DNA of 64,000 nt from a virus (IMGVR_UViG_3300044833_000060:918-64917); one strand, 5' to 3'. Counted from the first letter of the stretch, positions 1 to 10,178 are shown. Numbers and translations: made by a program. Notes: generated by a model not told the origin, from the letters alone.

Positions 1-1
1 C

Positions 2-721
2 TTGCAAGGTTGCCAAATCAAATCCGCTCGGCGTTAACTGTGTGGCTTTGTCGAGCCAGTCTTCAGTGATCACGACGTAGGCTTCGTCCGCGAATTTAGT
101 GAACCACTCCCACGTCATTCCTTGCCGCTGGCCCCAGGTGATGCAATTGGTTCCTTCTGACCCGTAGCCGAAGTTTGGAATGCTGTGGCCGCCTTCGATG
201 GTGTTGTCTTCGTGTAGCGAGACGCTCCAAGGCTGGTGACCGGCGAACTGATCCATGGCCGATTTGGGTAATCGGACTCCGAGATTCACCGCACCGAACA
301 TCCAAATGGCTTGCTTAATGGTCTGCTGGCTTGGCCCAACCGAGGCCCAGCCGAGTATTTTATGGCCTGCAATTCCGTTCGATTGCCAGTAGGCCAGCAC
401 GTCTGTAATCGCCGCGCCGTTGTCGTTCGCGCCGCTTATTTGGTCGAAGCCGCTTACGGCACTGTAGGCATTGAGCACATCGAGGTTGGTCGGTACTACC
501 ATTGGCCCGGTATGCGATGTAACCAGCATCAGCATGTGAGCGATCGCGGCACAGGTGCAATCCCCGTACTCATCGTTATCAAACATGCCCCAGAGCGAAG
601 GTGGAACTTTGTATTCGCGCCAAACCTTCCTCGGCACATCACGGCGTACCATTTCCGTCGTATACTTCGCCATCATTAGCGTTTTCTGGTGCTGTTTCGG
701 TGCCAGTTTGCCGAACTTCAT
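2..721 (-). CDS. Papain-like (C1-type) cysteine peptidase-like protein, 3' end runs off the window
   Basis: Not in the ORF track. Manual translation from ATG 721: MKFGKLAPK...WGMFDNDEYGDCTCAAIAH...GGHSIPNFGYGSEGTNCITWG, with Cys (GDC), His (GGH) and TWG in papain order. Confidence 0.6.
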   Translation of the reverse strand, partial: MKFGKLAPKQHQKTLMMAKYTTEMVRRDVPRKVWREYKVPPSLWGMFDNDEYGDCTCAAIAHMLMLVTSHTGPMVVPTNLDVLNAYSAVSGFDQISGANDNGAAITDVLAYWQSNGIAGHKILGWASVGPSQQTIKQAIWMFGAVNLGVRLPKSAMDQFAGHQPWSVSLHEDNTIEGGHSIPNFGYGSEGTNCITWGQRQGMTWEWFTKFADEAYVVITEDWLDKATQLTPSGFDLATLQ

Positions 722-793
722 TTGATGATCTCCCGTTCGATACTGGCTGCAATCAGTACCGGACGCGAGGCCATCCCCGCGCGCTCTTTCTAC

Positions 794-1339
794 TTACCCT
801 CCGACCTTAACCAAATTCCCGCACGACGTATCCCCTAAGCACACATTCTTGAGCCATTGATCATGCAGTGCGCTCGGACTGGGTAGACTTGCTGCCGCTT
901 TTGCCATCCGGCTTTTCGTGGATGCTGCATTCACTTGGGGCCATGCCGCTGCCATAGCGCCGACAGTTGTCGTTACCAGATTCACCCATGCGGTCGTCTT
1001 TTGAACTACAGTCGGATCGGAGATGTGCGCCGCTGCTAGGTTTTGTGGCAGGTTGGTTTGAAGTGACTGACAGGCCGCCACGAGCTTTTGCAGATCGCTA
1101 GTTGAGCCCGACGCCTTCCATGTGTCGTAGTCTTTCTGGATGACGTTCAGTCCTGCTGTGGCTAGTCCGGTAATAACCTGCAGCGCAGCAGAGTCGGCTG
1201 GCGAGATTACCCCCAGAGCGGTTTCCAAACTTGCCGCTGTTTGCAGACATAAATTGATGTCCGCGAGCACCTGGTCTACTGTGCAAGCGAAGGTAAATAC
1301 CGTACAGATGAGCAGAACTGCTGTGAACTTATGCTTCAT
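794..1339 (-). CDS. Putative lipoprotein
   Basis: MKHKFTAVLLICTVFTFA|C lipobox-like N-terminus; AGGAG RBS upstream. Confidence 0.6.
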   Translation of the reverse strand: MKHKFTAVLLICTVFTFACTVDQVLADINLCLQTAASLETALGVISPADSAALQVITGLATAGLNVIQKDYDTWKASGSTSDLQKLVAACQSLQTNLPQNLAAAHISDPTVVQKTTAWVNLVTTTVGAMAAAWPQVNAASTKSRMAKAAASLPSPSALHDQWLKNVCLGDTSCGNLVKVGG

Positions 1340-1371
1340 TGATTGCTCCTTTTAGTTTTCTGAGTGCGAAT

Positions 1372-1791
1372 TCAAATTCTTGCCCTGCAATGTGATGGCT
1401 TCCAGTCGGAAGCCATGTATTCCGTAAATTCGCGTGAGCCTTGCGCTCGATTCGCGCCAACGTGGAGTAGAAGGCAGAGATTCTTGTCTGAATCGTCTCG
1501 CTTCCACCCGTTCATTCCGGTGCTCCTGATGTGTCCCAACTCAATCTCGCGATAGTCATCGAATGGTTCGCCGCACGCCGCGCACGCATTGCACTTTCTT
1601 AGCAGTTCGTCCTTCCTTCGGCGCTTCGCTGCTGGCGTTCTCTCAATATGCCCATCCGGATACTGCCGAACTCCCGCTCCCACGTATCGCCATCTTGGTT
1701 CTGACTTCTTTCCTCTTTCTGGCCTCTCTCCTCTACCGCAACAGGTAGTAGAGTTTTTGTGGCCCGGAATTGGGCAAGGGCGAGAATTCAT
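1372..1791 (-). CDS. HNH endonuclease-like protein
   Basis: CAACGE...IELGHIRSTGMNG...DKNLCLLLHVGANRAQGS. Confidence 0.55.
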   Translation of the reverse strand: MNSRPCPIPGHKNSTTCCGRGERPERGKKSEPRWRYVGAGVRQYPDGHIERTPAAKRRRKDELLRKCNACAACGEPFDDYREIELGHIRSTGMNGWKRDDSDKNLCLLLHVGANRAQGSREFTEYMASDWKPSHCRARI

Positions 1792-2123
1792 TTCTTATCC
1801 CTGATTGTGGTCCCGCACAGCAATATTCCGACGAGCACGAATCCCATGATGTAGTGATCGCGCCAAATCAGAAGTCCGCTAATCGTGCCGACTCCGAGCC
1901 ACACTAAGATGAAAGCCGTTAGATTCTTCATGCTTGACTCATTCCACTTTGAACGGTAAAGTACTTCGTATGAGCGTATTGGACCATATCGCGTATTCCA
2001 ACGAGCGGTACGTTCAATCCCCAGCGCCGATTTATCGTGCTCATTGCCACGACTTCCTCCCCATGCCTTCGTTCTCCCTCGATCCAGAAAATATTCCACT
2101 ACTGCGGGATGACGAAGTCGAAG

Positions 2124-2438
2124 TCATTTTCCTTTGCCGCTGCGGGGAAGTCGCGCCTTAATTAGTCGATAGAACTTATGCCCCTGTCCGCGATAGTCGG
2201 GCTTGCCCATCTTCCATTCTGGATGCATTTCGTTAATCACTTTCAACTGGCGCATGTATTCCTTGAGCGTGGCGGGGCGCACGACGCGCAGAGGAAACGG
2301 CGATGGGCATGCGAAACATTCCGTAAGCAATTGCCCCATAACATATGCGTTTAATTTGAGTCCGACGATGACATGCTTGCGTTTTTCGATGAGATCCGCT
2401 GTCAACTTCATAACTTCATCTGCATGGATTCTTTTCAC
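2124..2438 (-). CDS. Hypothetical phage protein
   Basis: ORF coupled by a 4-bp overlap to the upstream DUF1064 gene. Confidence 0.5.
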   Translation of the reverse strand: MKRIHADEVMKLTADLIEKRKHVIVGLKLNAYVMGQLLTECFACPSPFPLRVVRPATLKEYMRQLKVINEMHPEWKMGKPDYRGQGHKFYRLIKARLPRSGKGK

Positions 2439-2812
2439 AGTTCCTCAATCTCTATCCCGTAAACCGACTTCATCAGCTTGCGTTTCAGGATGTACGTCTT
2501 CGTCTTGGCGCCCTTCGCGTCCACTACATGCAACTTCCCGCCTACCTGCGCGTCTAAATAAGTGAAATCGGCGACATAGGCCAGTTGATTCTCGTTCCTG
2601 AGTGTCCCTTTCTGCGCTGGCACCAAAACAAATCTCACTTGCTTCTGTAGGTCGAAAATCTTTCCCCGCGATGCCAGGATGTCTAACCCTGCTCCTACAT
2701 TCGCCTCGCGCTTGGACGCGTACCCGTTGGTCGGCTCGTTCTTGTATTTCCGGCCGTAGAGAGCGCGATTTACTTCGGCCACCGTAGCCTTACTCATACC
2801 GAAGTCAGTCAT
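2435..2812 (-). CDS. DUF1064 family PD-(D/E)xK nuclease / resolvase-like protein
   Basis: KYKN...YASKREA...LQKQVRFVL...YVADFTY...VVDAKG.KT..YILKRKLM; GAGG RBS before ATG 2812. Confidence 0.8.
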   Translation of the reverse strand: MTDFGMSKATVAEVNRALYGRKYKNEPTNGYASKREANVGAGLDILASRGKIFDLQKQVRFVLVPAQKGTLRNENQLAYVADFTYLDAQVGGKLHVVDAKGAKTKTYILKRKLMKSVYGIEIEEL

Positions 2813-2951
2813 GCCGCTTTCCTCTGCCCACACTGGGCCACAAATTCTAAAATTAACTTCCACAATTCAGGACGCTCATTCCGAATTCGCCCTAATAACT
2901 GCAAAGCCTTCCAAGCTCTGAGCCTCATCGAAAATACGTCGTAGAGATCAG

Positions 2952-3314
2952 TCATCGACTCATTCCGCGAAAAAGTTTCGAGCGCCAGACCCGATGCAAA
3001 TTTCCCTTTTTCCCCGCTAACTTCGAGCGCTTCACATTCTCAGTAGCTTCCATGTAGCCCAAAGTCTTTGCGACTTCCTTCATGCGAGGCCCGAGGGCCG
3101 CCAAATTATGCGTAGCAACCTCTGACGAAACTTTCGCAAGCTCGGTGAGCACTTCATCGACCGTGAAATATTCAAGTCGTCGGGCCACGGCCAAAATGCA
3201 GCCATCGATATATCTGCGCCAAACCGGATCGGCATGCGCATCAGCAGCTTCCATTCCGATCTGAGCTTCGGGCGGAAGCTTCTGCTCAAAGTCGATTTGA
3301 AACTGGAGAGTCAT
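2952..3314 (-). CDS. Hypothetical phage protein (winged-helix-like)
   Basis: GMEAADAHADPVW...FTVDEV...ALGPRM...VWRSK, a recurrent phage accessory protein pattern. Confidence 0.55.
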   Translation of the reverse strand: MTLQFQIDFEQKLPPEAQIGMEAADAHADPVWRRYIDGCILAVARRLEYFTVDEVLTELAKVSSEVATHNLAALGPRMKEVAKTLGYMEATENVKRSKLAGKKGNLHRVWRSKLFRGMSR

Positions 3315-3523
3315 GCGACTTTCTTCCACGCCTGCTTCTTGATCCATTCCAGTCCCGAGAAACTCCAGCGCTCTATCACTGCTTCATTGACCTGCTGCCA
3401 GTCAGTCGGGTCGGACGAGCGGAGCGCCAGAGCATAGGTCACCGCAATATCCTTGCGGTGCATTTCTTTACTTGCGATCTCACGCAAGAGTGTTGCAGTC
3501 GTGTTTACGAGTTCGAATGTCAT
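3311..3523 (-). CDS. Hypothetical phage protein
   Basis: Coupled ORF with GGAG RBS; ERWSFSGLEWIKKQAW. Confidence 0.55.
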   Translation of the reverse strand: MTFELVNTTATLLREIASKEMHRKDIAVTYALALRSSDPTDWQQVNEAVIERWSFSGLEWIKKQAWKKVA

Positions 3524-3712
3524 TTACGCTCCTGCCAAACTTGCCAAGTAGTGATCCTGTTGCGCTGCTGAAAGTAAGTGAACGTTCCAACATGCCGAGC
3601 AGAGAATGTGACCTCGCCCACACTTCCCACACCAGCAATTCGCCGCCGGATGAGAGTTAAATAATTCTCGGCAGTCTTCGCAGATGTAAGTTTCTATTTC
3701 AGTAAGGGGCAT
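3524..3712 (-). CDS. Small Cys-rich Zn-finger protein
   Basis: CEDC, CWCGKC, CSAC; GGAGAG RBS. Confidence 0.5.
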   Translation of the reverse strand: MPLTEIETYICEDCRELFNSHPAANCWCGKCGRGHILCSACWNVHLLSAAQQDHYLASLAGA

Positions 3713-4229
3713 TTACTCTCCTGCTGCCTTAGCTTTCCTAACTACAAATCTTTTTTATCTACTACGCATCTTCGCTGTGAAGTCTCTACCGGGTCCCTGC
3801 CCTCCATCGACAGTGGACCCGGTTGAGAGTCAGTACCCCGAAGCCCTAGCCTTCAAGGCATTTGTCGCTCCAGGCACGCCCGCAACGTCTCCCCTGCAGC
3901 CGATCCGCGACATCAATCGCGCGATGTTGCTTTCGATGCTTTCGATGATTGGGTAGAGTTCCCACAGGCGACCATCCAAATGTGCGGACGGTACGGCCTC
4001 AGGAACGTCCTGCGCCTCTCCTTCTCCCACTACGTCGCTGCGAAGTAGGTCTGTGCGACGCTTGATATCTTTCAGGCGATTCCGAATCTCGCCCATTGCG
4101 TTCAAGATGTCCGTTCGCTCTCCCTTTTGCGCTTGCGTTTCCATACTCACCACCTTCTTCCCTGATTGAGGGCAGGGACCCCGAATACTTTCACCAACAA
4201 AACTGCTTAGTAGACTATGAGATTTATTT

Positions 4230-4433
4230 TCATTCACTCCCTACAGACTTCAATTTCCCATCTCTCAAAACTTTTACTTTTGATCTAACATCTCCCGAGC
4301 TCCATCTCCACCAACAGTTGCAACGAGTCACTGCTGTATTCCCATTTTCAGTTACTACTTTTTTCCATCCTGATCCGCTGCAGCTTTCACAACTTCTGTT
4401 TGGATACCAGCGAACTCGAATCGGGTCAGGCAT
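4230..4433 (-). CDS. Small Zn-ribbon protein
   Basis: CESCSGSGW...RCNC. Confidence 0.5.
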   Translation of the reverse strand: MPDPIRVRWYPNRSCESCSGSGWKKVVTENGNTAVTRCNCWWRWSSGDVRSKVKVLRDGKLKSVGSE

Positions 4434-4677
4434 TGGCGGCGCTCGTGAGTTTCTTCAGGAGTTCCTCGTCGTACTGTTTCGCGCAATCGAAGCAGAGCCA
4501 GCCGACGATTTTCTCGAAACTGCGCTCTTTCAGGTGAATCACCTTGCACTCTTGGCAGCGAATCCCACGACCCTCTGAATCTAAGAAATCTTTGAAACAT
4601 CGGCGGCACCAGCCATCCCGTGCGCCGTCATCCCTCAACAAGTCTTTGGCTGTCGTCGCTGTGTCACATTTCGCCAT
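4426..4677 (-). CDS. Small Cys-rich protein
   Basis: CRRC, CQEC, CFDC; coupled to neighbouring ORFs. Confidence 0.5.
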   Translation of the reverse strand: MAKCDTATTAKDLLRDDGARDGWCRRCFKDFLDSEGRGIRCQECKVIHLKERSFEKIVGWLCFDCAKQYDEELLKKLTSAANA

Positions 4678-4886
4678 AACTATTTCGCTCTCTGACGTTT
4701 CACAATCTCAACCATCTGACTCTGTAATAATTCCTTGCGCTCTCGGTAGTAAGAATTCGGCCAGGGTTCCAAAACTTTCGCTTGCGACAACTTTGCGAAC
4801 GCTTGCCGCAAATCAGCCGGAAGATTCGAGATTTCCACACTTTCCTTCCGACTGCTGTTAATAGATTCTTTTAAGTTCATAAGTAC

Positions 4887-5414
4887 CTAGTAGCCGTAGA
4901 AGGGGGCACTATCGTCTGTGGATTTAAGCGCCGCTGCCAACGCCTTCTGCTCCAAGCGGCTGCGAAATTCGGCGGCTGTTTGTGAACCCTTACTGGAGTT
5001 ACATGGTCTGCAAGACGGCACCAAATTATCAATTGAATTACTACCTCCCCTTGACAGCGGTTGAAGATGGTCCTTGGTGATATTCCGGCCGCTCAATTCC
5101 AACTCGCACCAGTAGCAGAGGTAGCGAGCAAGTACAAGTTTCATAAGCCATTCCCGTTTAGTGTGCGTCCCCGGAAATGCGTACAAGACAACTCGATTAG
5201 TCCTATCCTTAATCCACTCAAGTCTCCCATCCACCACCCGGTAGTACTGCTTTCTGCACTTAGCGGAGTGCCAAAGAACCCGCTTACTCCGCGTTATAAA
5301 CTGCACCCCACATGGGCATGTCAGGATCTTCGCGAGGGAGTCTTTCACGTTCCATCGCTTCATCAGGGCAACCGCCTCCGGAATGATCACGACCCTGTTA
5401 TTGTCTCTGTACAT
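4887..5414 (-). CDS. HNH endonuclease
   Basis: CYWC...TKDHLQPLSRGGSNSIDNLVPSCRPCNSSKG canonical HNH motif. Confidence 0.9.
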   Translation of the reverse strand: MYRDNNRVVIIPEAVALMKRWNVKDSLAKILTCPCGVQFITRSKRVLWHSAKCRKQYYRVVDGRLEWIKDRTNRVVLYAFPGTHTKREWLMKLVLARYLCYWCELELSGRNITKDHLQPLSRGGSNSIDNLVPSCRPCNSSKGSQTAAEFRSRLEQKALAAALKSTDDSAPFYGY

Positions 5415-5452
5415 AACCTGTTAATCCCCCTGCGGTTTCGGTGGCCAAAAAA

Positions 5453-5482
5453 CTTTCCACACAATTGACAACCTTTTCCACA
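5453..5482 (+). promoter_or_regulatory. DnaA-box-like pair (candidate replication origin)
   Basis: TTTTCCACA at 5474-5482 matches TTWTNCACA; CTTTCCACA at 5453-5461 has 1 mismatch; intergenic. Confidence 0.35.
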
Positions 5483-5864
5483 ACCTACCTTCGCATCCCA
5501 AAACTCAACGACCTAGCCGGAATTTCCATCACACACATAGCCGCTGTAGTTCCTAATGGTGACTCACTTCGTACTGTGTCACTCAAACAAGCTCGACATA
5601 AGCCCATGGTGAATTCTGGGTAAGGGCAGCCTGGAGTTACACACTTGACGCTGAGAATTACTGTTTCCATCGTTTTCCTCTCGGCAAATTCTTCCACCGT
5701 CCGACTAACCGCAGTTCCTCCCGGAGTACTTTAAAAAACCTCGTTCGCGGCGTCATGCTTCTAATAAGCCGTCGAAGTTGGCTTTCGTTAAACCGTAATT
5801 GCCTACCGTAAAGAGTCACTTTGGCTCGACTAACTCACCTTTGTTCCCGTAGGAACATTCATAC

Positions 5865-6113
5865 CTAAGCGATCCGCCATACTCGTATCCCGCCTGGTAT
5901 CCGCCGCATTGTGAATCTCCAACCCGTTTTGTAACTGGCATGTGCAATAGAGGCCGTCAGGCAATTGGACAATCTCCTCCACTCCTCATCGCTGCACGGC
6001 ACAAGAAAACTCATGCCAACCTGTTTCAATAACCGAAATGAATACTTGCGCTTGTAATCGCCCTTTTCTGGGATCGGGATGTTGTACTCGACCGGGAAGT
6101 CGTAGTGCCTCAT
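5865..6113 (-). CDS. Hypothetical phage protein (small DNA-binding-like)
   Basis: EYNIPIP...YSFRLL..VGMSFLVP...GIRVWRIA, a common phage family pattern. Confidence 0.6.
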   Translation of the reverse strand: MRHYDFPVEYNIPIPEKGDYKRKYSFRLLKQVGMSFLVPCSDEEWRRLSNCLTASIAHASYKTGWRFTMRRIPGGIRVWRIA

Positions 6114-6315
6114 GCTCGCTTCCCTTCGCGGTAGCTTTCCTCGCGCTCAGACCTCTGCTGTGCCCTCCTGGTAGCCTCTGCTGCGCATTCCCAAGCGATC
6201 TGCGCGGCGAATACGGCACAGTAGTCAATTCCTGCCACACCTAGAATCTGCTTCGCTATATGCCTTCGTGGATCGTTTATTGCGTCCCGAGCTCTAGTGA
6301 GACATTCTTCAAAAC

Positions 6316-6576
6316 TCATGAAGTCTTCGATAACCATGCTTGCGGTCGCCTCCCTTGTGGTCTTGGAATATTGAATTCATCCATGTGGCGGGAGATTGTG
6401 TTTCGGTGATGACCGAGACGCGCCGCCGCTTTGACTTGATTCCCGCCTTCTAACGCCAAAGCGGTAATGAGAATGCGTTTCTCTAACTGCCTGACAATTT
6501 CTTGCGGATCGGCTTTATTCTCTAAGGCATGATCGGCAAGGCGGTCGAGAGTGTCTTTCAATTCAATCGCTTTCAC
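6316..6576 (-). CDS. Fis-like HTH_8 DNA-binding protein
   Basis: LEKRILITALALEGGNQVKAAARLGHHRNTISRHM. Confidence 0.8.
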   Translation of the reverse strand: MKAIELKDTLDRLADHALENKADPQEIVRQLEKRILITALALEGGNQVKAAARLGHHRNTISRHMDEFNIPRPQGRRPQAWLSKTS

Positions 6577-6794
6577 TTCTTTTCGGCCTCCATCTGGTGC
6601 GGCGTGTGCGCGACTCGCTCACTCAATCGTTTGTAAAGCCCGGAGCCGCCAAAAAAGCTAGCCAGCAGGAATGCGGGGACGAACCACCAGCCAGAATGAC
6701 CTCTCCAGAAAACGATGTAACCGCATCCGGCAAAGATCGCTAGACTCACAAGCACATCTCCCACGAACCAAACGATGAGAACGATATCGCTCAA
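6573..6794 (-). CDS. Small membrane protein
   Basis: Two hydrophobic segments; GHSGWWF. Confidence 0.55.
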   Translation of the reverse strand: MSDIVLIVWFVGDVLVSLAIFAGCGYIVFWRGHSGWWFVPAFLLASFFGGSGLYKRLSERVAHTPHQMEAEKK

Positions 6795-7714
6795 GACTTT
6801 TCTCCTGCCTGGTGCGGCGTGTAGTTGAGGTTCCAGGAGTTCAAACGGTTGAGCAGTTCAATCATTTCTGTTAATGCGGGGCCGTTCCCCGCACGCAGCT
6901 CGATTCCACCGGTGTAATACCAGAGTGCGATCCAGAGCCTGTCGTAATCTTCCCGGCTCATGGTGAGGATCACCGAATCGCCCTTCTCTTCGTAGCTCAT
7001 AAGCGCAGCCCCGTCCATTTGCCCCTCTTCGGTTTCGCAGCGGGAAGCTGAAGCACGTCATTCCGGCTCGCGATAAAACGAAAGAGCGCTTGCCCGAGTG
7101 CCTTCTGCCTCGGCAGAAGGGATAAAGGTGTTTGAGTGAGACGATAGAGAAGAATTTCTGCCATCGGCTCTATTACTGCCTCGGTGAGGATCACTTGCCC
7201 GTCCACTTCGGAGTAGCTCATCAGACAAGTCCTTCCTTCGCTGCTTCCATCGCGCCCTGATGCAATTCCTGCGCTTGTTCGAGCGTCCATTCGTGCATCT
7301 CCATGCAGGCATCGTGCATTCGACTACCGATTATTGAGGCGATATCCCCCATCGGGATAGTTCCACCCAAGTCGGAGTGAATTTCCCGGAACAGCGGGAT
7401 GCATATCTTGCGTGCTTTTTCGTCAGCGTTCATGGTCTCAACTCTCCTCCTCCAGCCGAACAATCTTGACCCTTCCCATGAGTACCCGACCTTCTAATTC
7501 AGAAGCGATTCTTGCTAAAGCCTCTTCATTGACTAAGATGATTACTTTGCAGTCCGACTCATCCAATAGATAGAGAACTTCTCGCGCGAGAGCTGTCGGC
7601 GTGGTAAAATTCCTAGCTTCGAGTTGAAGTTCTTCGCGTTCCATAAAATGTTTAAGCCTCATTTCGGGATGCAAGCCCCAGAAAGCCTTGCATCCCGATT
7701 CCGCCCCGGCTCGG

Positions 7715-8395
7715 CTAGGACCGTATTTGTTGCGCCAGGGAAGCTCCAGCCAATTGCTCCAACGGGATAAAAATACTTCCCCGCAAACTGCGCACAATCT
7801 CATCTACTTCTGCGAGAAAGAACCCGATCTGCTGTTCCATTTTGGCGATCTGATCCTCGTTCCGATGGAATCGGCGGACGAACAATTGACACTCTTTCGG
7901 TAGGCGCGGATCGAAGCTCACAAAGTCGCACCACTGACGCCCGGTACATGCCATTTGCGCGAGCATTTGCGGCTTGTATTCGAGCGGAACTTCGCCTTCC
8001 AAGACGTAACTGATGTGAGTTGCCGTGGCGGGACACTTGACCTCCAGTAGCCCATCCTTGCCGATAAGCCCGTCTGGCGAAGCGCCGAATCGTTCAACTT
8101 TGTCGTGGATGACAAATCCGACCGCATCCACGGTTGTGTCGCAGATCAGTTCATAAGCTGCGCGGGCAAACTGTTCCGTCTCTGCCCGCCATTCCATCTC
8201 GCGGCCCAGGTATCTTGCGTCGGCAGGTCGGCCTGTCATGGTTTCCGCAACCAACTCTGCCCGATAGTTACGTCGTGGAGCGGCTTCGCCTTTCTTGATC
8301 TCCGCCGTGGCGTCTCCCACCCGAGAAGCTGTGACCTTCCCGCATCGTGCCTCGTACCACTCAGGGGTTCGTTGTTCGCAGTTAATGATGGTCAT
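7715..8395 (-). CDS. YqaJ / lambda-exonuclease family 5'-3' exonuclease
   Basis: EQRTPEWYEARCGKVTAS...GASPDGLIG...LEVKCP...QMLAQM...WCDFVSFDPRLP. Confidence 0.93.
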   Translation of the reverse strand: MTIINCEQRTPEWYEARCGKVTASRVGDATAEIKKGEAAPRRNYRAELVAETMTGRPADARYLGREMEWRAETEQFARAAYELICDTTVDAVGFVIHDKVERFGASPDGLIGKDGLLEVKCPATATHISYVLEGEVPLEYKPQMLAQMACTGRQWCDFVSFDPRLPKECQLFVRRFHRNEDQIAKMEQQIGFFLAEVDEIVRSLRGSIFIPLEQLAGASLAQQIRS

Positions 8396-9135
8396 CAGAG
8401 TTCCCGCTTTCTGCGGTCCTTCGCTTTAATTAGGCACTCTTGAGCGTTTCGGTCGTTGGCTTTACTAGCTTCCGCATAAGCCGCCTTGAAAAGCTTGTCG
8501 AGTTCAATGGGGGTGCTGGCACTGGCAAGCCATTCGCAGCGTTCTTGCAACCAGTCCGACGCCACAGATACCGTCTGAGCGTTGTTTCCGTTCTTGTTCA
8601 CGTGTGGCGCTCGTCCGTCCGTATCCGTGTTTGCGGCCGCTAACCCAGTAGCAGCTAGCAGGGTGTACCGCTCAAGGTAGGTCACCGTAGAACTGATAGC
8701 TTGAATCGCATTCTTACTACCTGAGTTATCAGGCGGACCGATGAGGGATGTTTCTTCGCAATGGCCTAGATCGTGCATCAGGATGCAGGTAATCTTCACC
8801 CAGCCATCGCCTTGCTCGGGCCTCCAGCGATGCGAAATGCCGTGCTGACTTAATCCCTCAATTACCGCACGGCATACCGCGTCGAGCGTGGCATGGTCGT
8901 ATTCCGTCTGCCCAAACTTGACGTGCTTATTCTTGATAATTTCCGGCGGGTTTTGTTTGAACGCGTTCATGGCTGCTACAAAGGCTTTACGTGCCTCATT
9001 CGCTTCCCATTCCCGCTGAAGCGCCATTAGCTTCTCCAGTTTGTCGATGTCGAAATTCTGCGACACCGCCATTCGGAGCAGATCCATTGGCGTTAATGCT
9101 TGTGACGGTTGTACTGCGAGTGCTTCTGTGTCCAC
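8395..9135 (-). CDS. erf: ERF-family single-strand annealing recombinase
   Basis: KLEKLMALQREW...YDHATLD...CILMHDLGHCEE...QAISSTVTYLERYTLLAATGLA..DTDG; adjacent to the exonuclease. Confidence 0.88.
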   Translation of the reverse strand: MDTEALAVQPSQALTPMDLLRMAVSQNFDIDKLEKLMALQREWEANEARKAFVAAMNAFKQNPPEIIKNKHVKFGQTEYDHATLDAVCRAVIEGLSQHGISHRWRPEQGDGWVKITCILMHDLGHCEETSLIGPPDNSGSKNAIQAISSTVTYLERYTLLAATGLAAANTDTDGRAPHVNKNGNNAQTVSVASDWLQERCEWLASASTPIELDKLFKAAYAEASKANDRNAQECLIKAKDRRKREL

Positions 9136-9360
9136 GGGGTTGGCCTCCTAGAGCCGATTTAAATTTGAGTTATGCTGCTTTTCTTTCCTCACACAGCACC
9201 CATTGATACAAAGTGCCGCGTCCTTCGCATTCCAGTTCCAAATTGCTATCTCTAGCTTCCGAAGCGGTTAATGCAAGGCAATCCAAAGTCTGCCCGCCCG
9301 GACCGATCAGAACGTAATCCCGGACTGTTTCGTATTCCATAAGCGCTTCCTTTCTTCGAT

Positions 9361-9651
9361 CTACCGACATGAGATAACCTTCGCCAGTGCCAGAGCTTGC
9401 ACGAGAACGTGAGGCTTTACTCGTTGCAAACTTTTGTATCCGCGTTCTGTGATCTGAATAGATCGTGAACAGTTATAGTCGTGGCCCAGCACACCTTTTC
9501 TGCGGAGATTCGTCACATGCTTGTGCACCGTTGAAACAGAGTTCAAGCCGACTCCCACTGCAATTTCCGTGAAGCTGGGTGCATAGCCATCTTCCTCAAT
9601 CCGGTGCGCGATCCACGCGAGAACTCCGAATTGACGCTTCGTTAAAGTCAT
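9361..9651 (-). CDS. LexA N-terminal DNA-binding domain protein, no peptidase domain
   Basis: LTKRQ..VL..I...IEEDGYAPSFTEIAVGVGLNSVSTVHKHVTNLRRKGVL....SRSI; only 96 aa. Confidence 0.85.
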   Translation of the reverse strand: MTLTKRQFGVLAWIAHRIEEDGYAPSFTEIAVGVGLNSVSTVHKHVTNLRRKGVLGHDYNCSRSIQITERGYKSLQRVKPHVLVQALALAKVISCR

Positions 9652-10178
9652 TTCAAAATCTCCACCAAGGAAATAACTGCTAAAGCGGCGACAACTAAAA
9701 CTGCTGACTCTCCGACGTAGTAGCGAAACCACCAGGAATTCATCGCGCTATCCTGATCACCAAGAGAATCACTCGATACCCCACTGCCGCCCAGAACACA
9801 GAGCAAGCAATTACAACTACTGCGAATGCTCGATTAATCTGGAGGTGCTCTTTGACTCGAACGTGTCCGCGATAGGGAACGTAGACCGTATCTTCGAAGC
9901 GGACACGAACGTTGATGGGAGTTACTTTGGTGTTCATATATCCCCTCCATTCATGATCGAGAATCCTTTCGATAATCGGCAGCCAATCGTGTATCTCGCT
10001 TGCTCAAACGCATCTCGCTGCGGATTCTGAGGTGAACTGCGCCGAGGGCCAGACGGCGTGACGAGATTGCAATGCGTTCCACAGTTACGCGACTTACAGA
10101 ACGGGCAGCGCATCTCAATTAACAGAGCGCCATCACGCTGCTCGTCTGTAAATGTGTGGTGGCAATCTCGGCAGTAGT

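Noticed and set aside
5842-5857. Palindrome TGTTCC-CGTA-GGAACA as a repressor/LexA operator
   Set aside because: Single occurrence noticed; cannot distinguish an operator from a small hairpin or chance.
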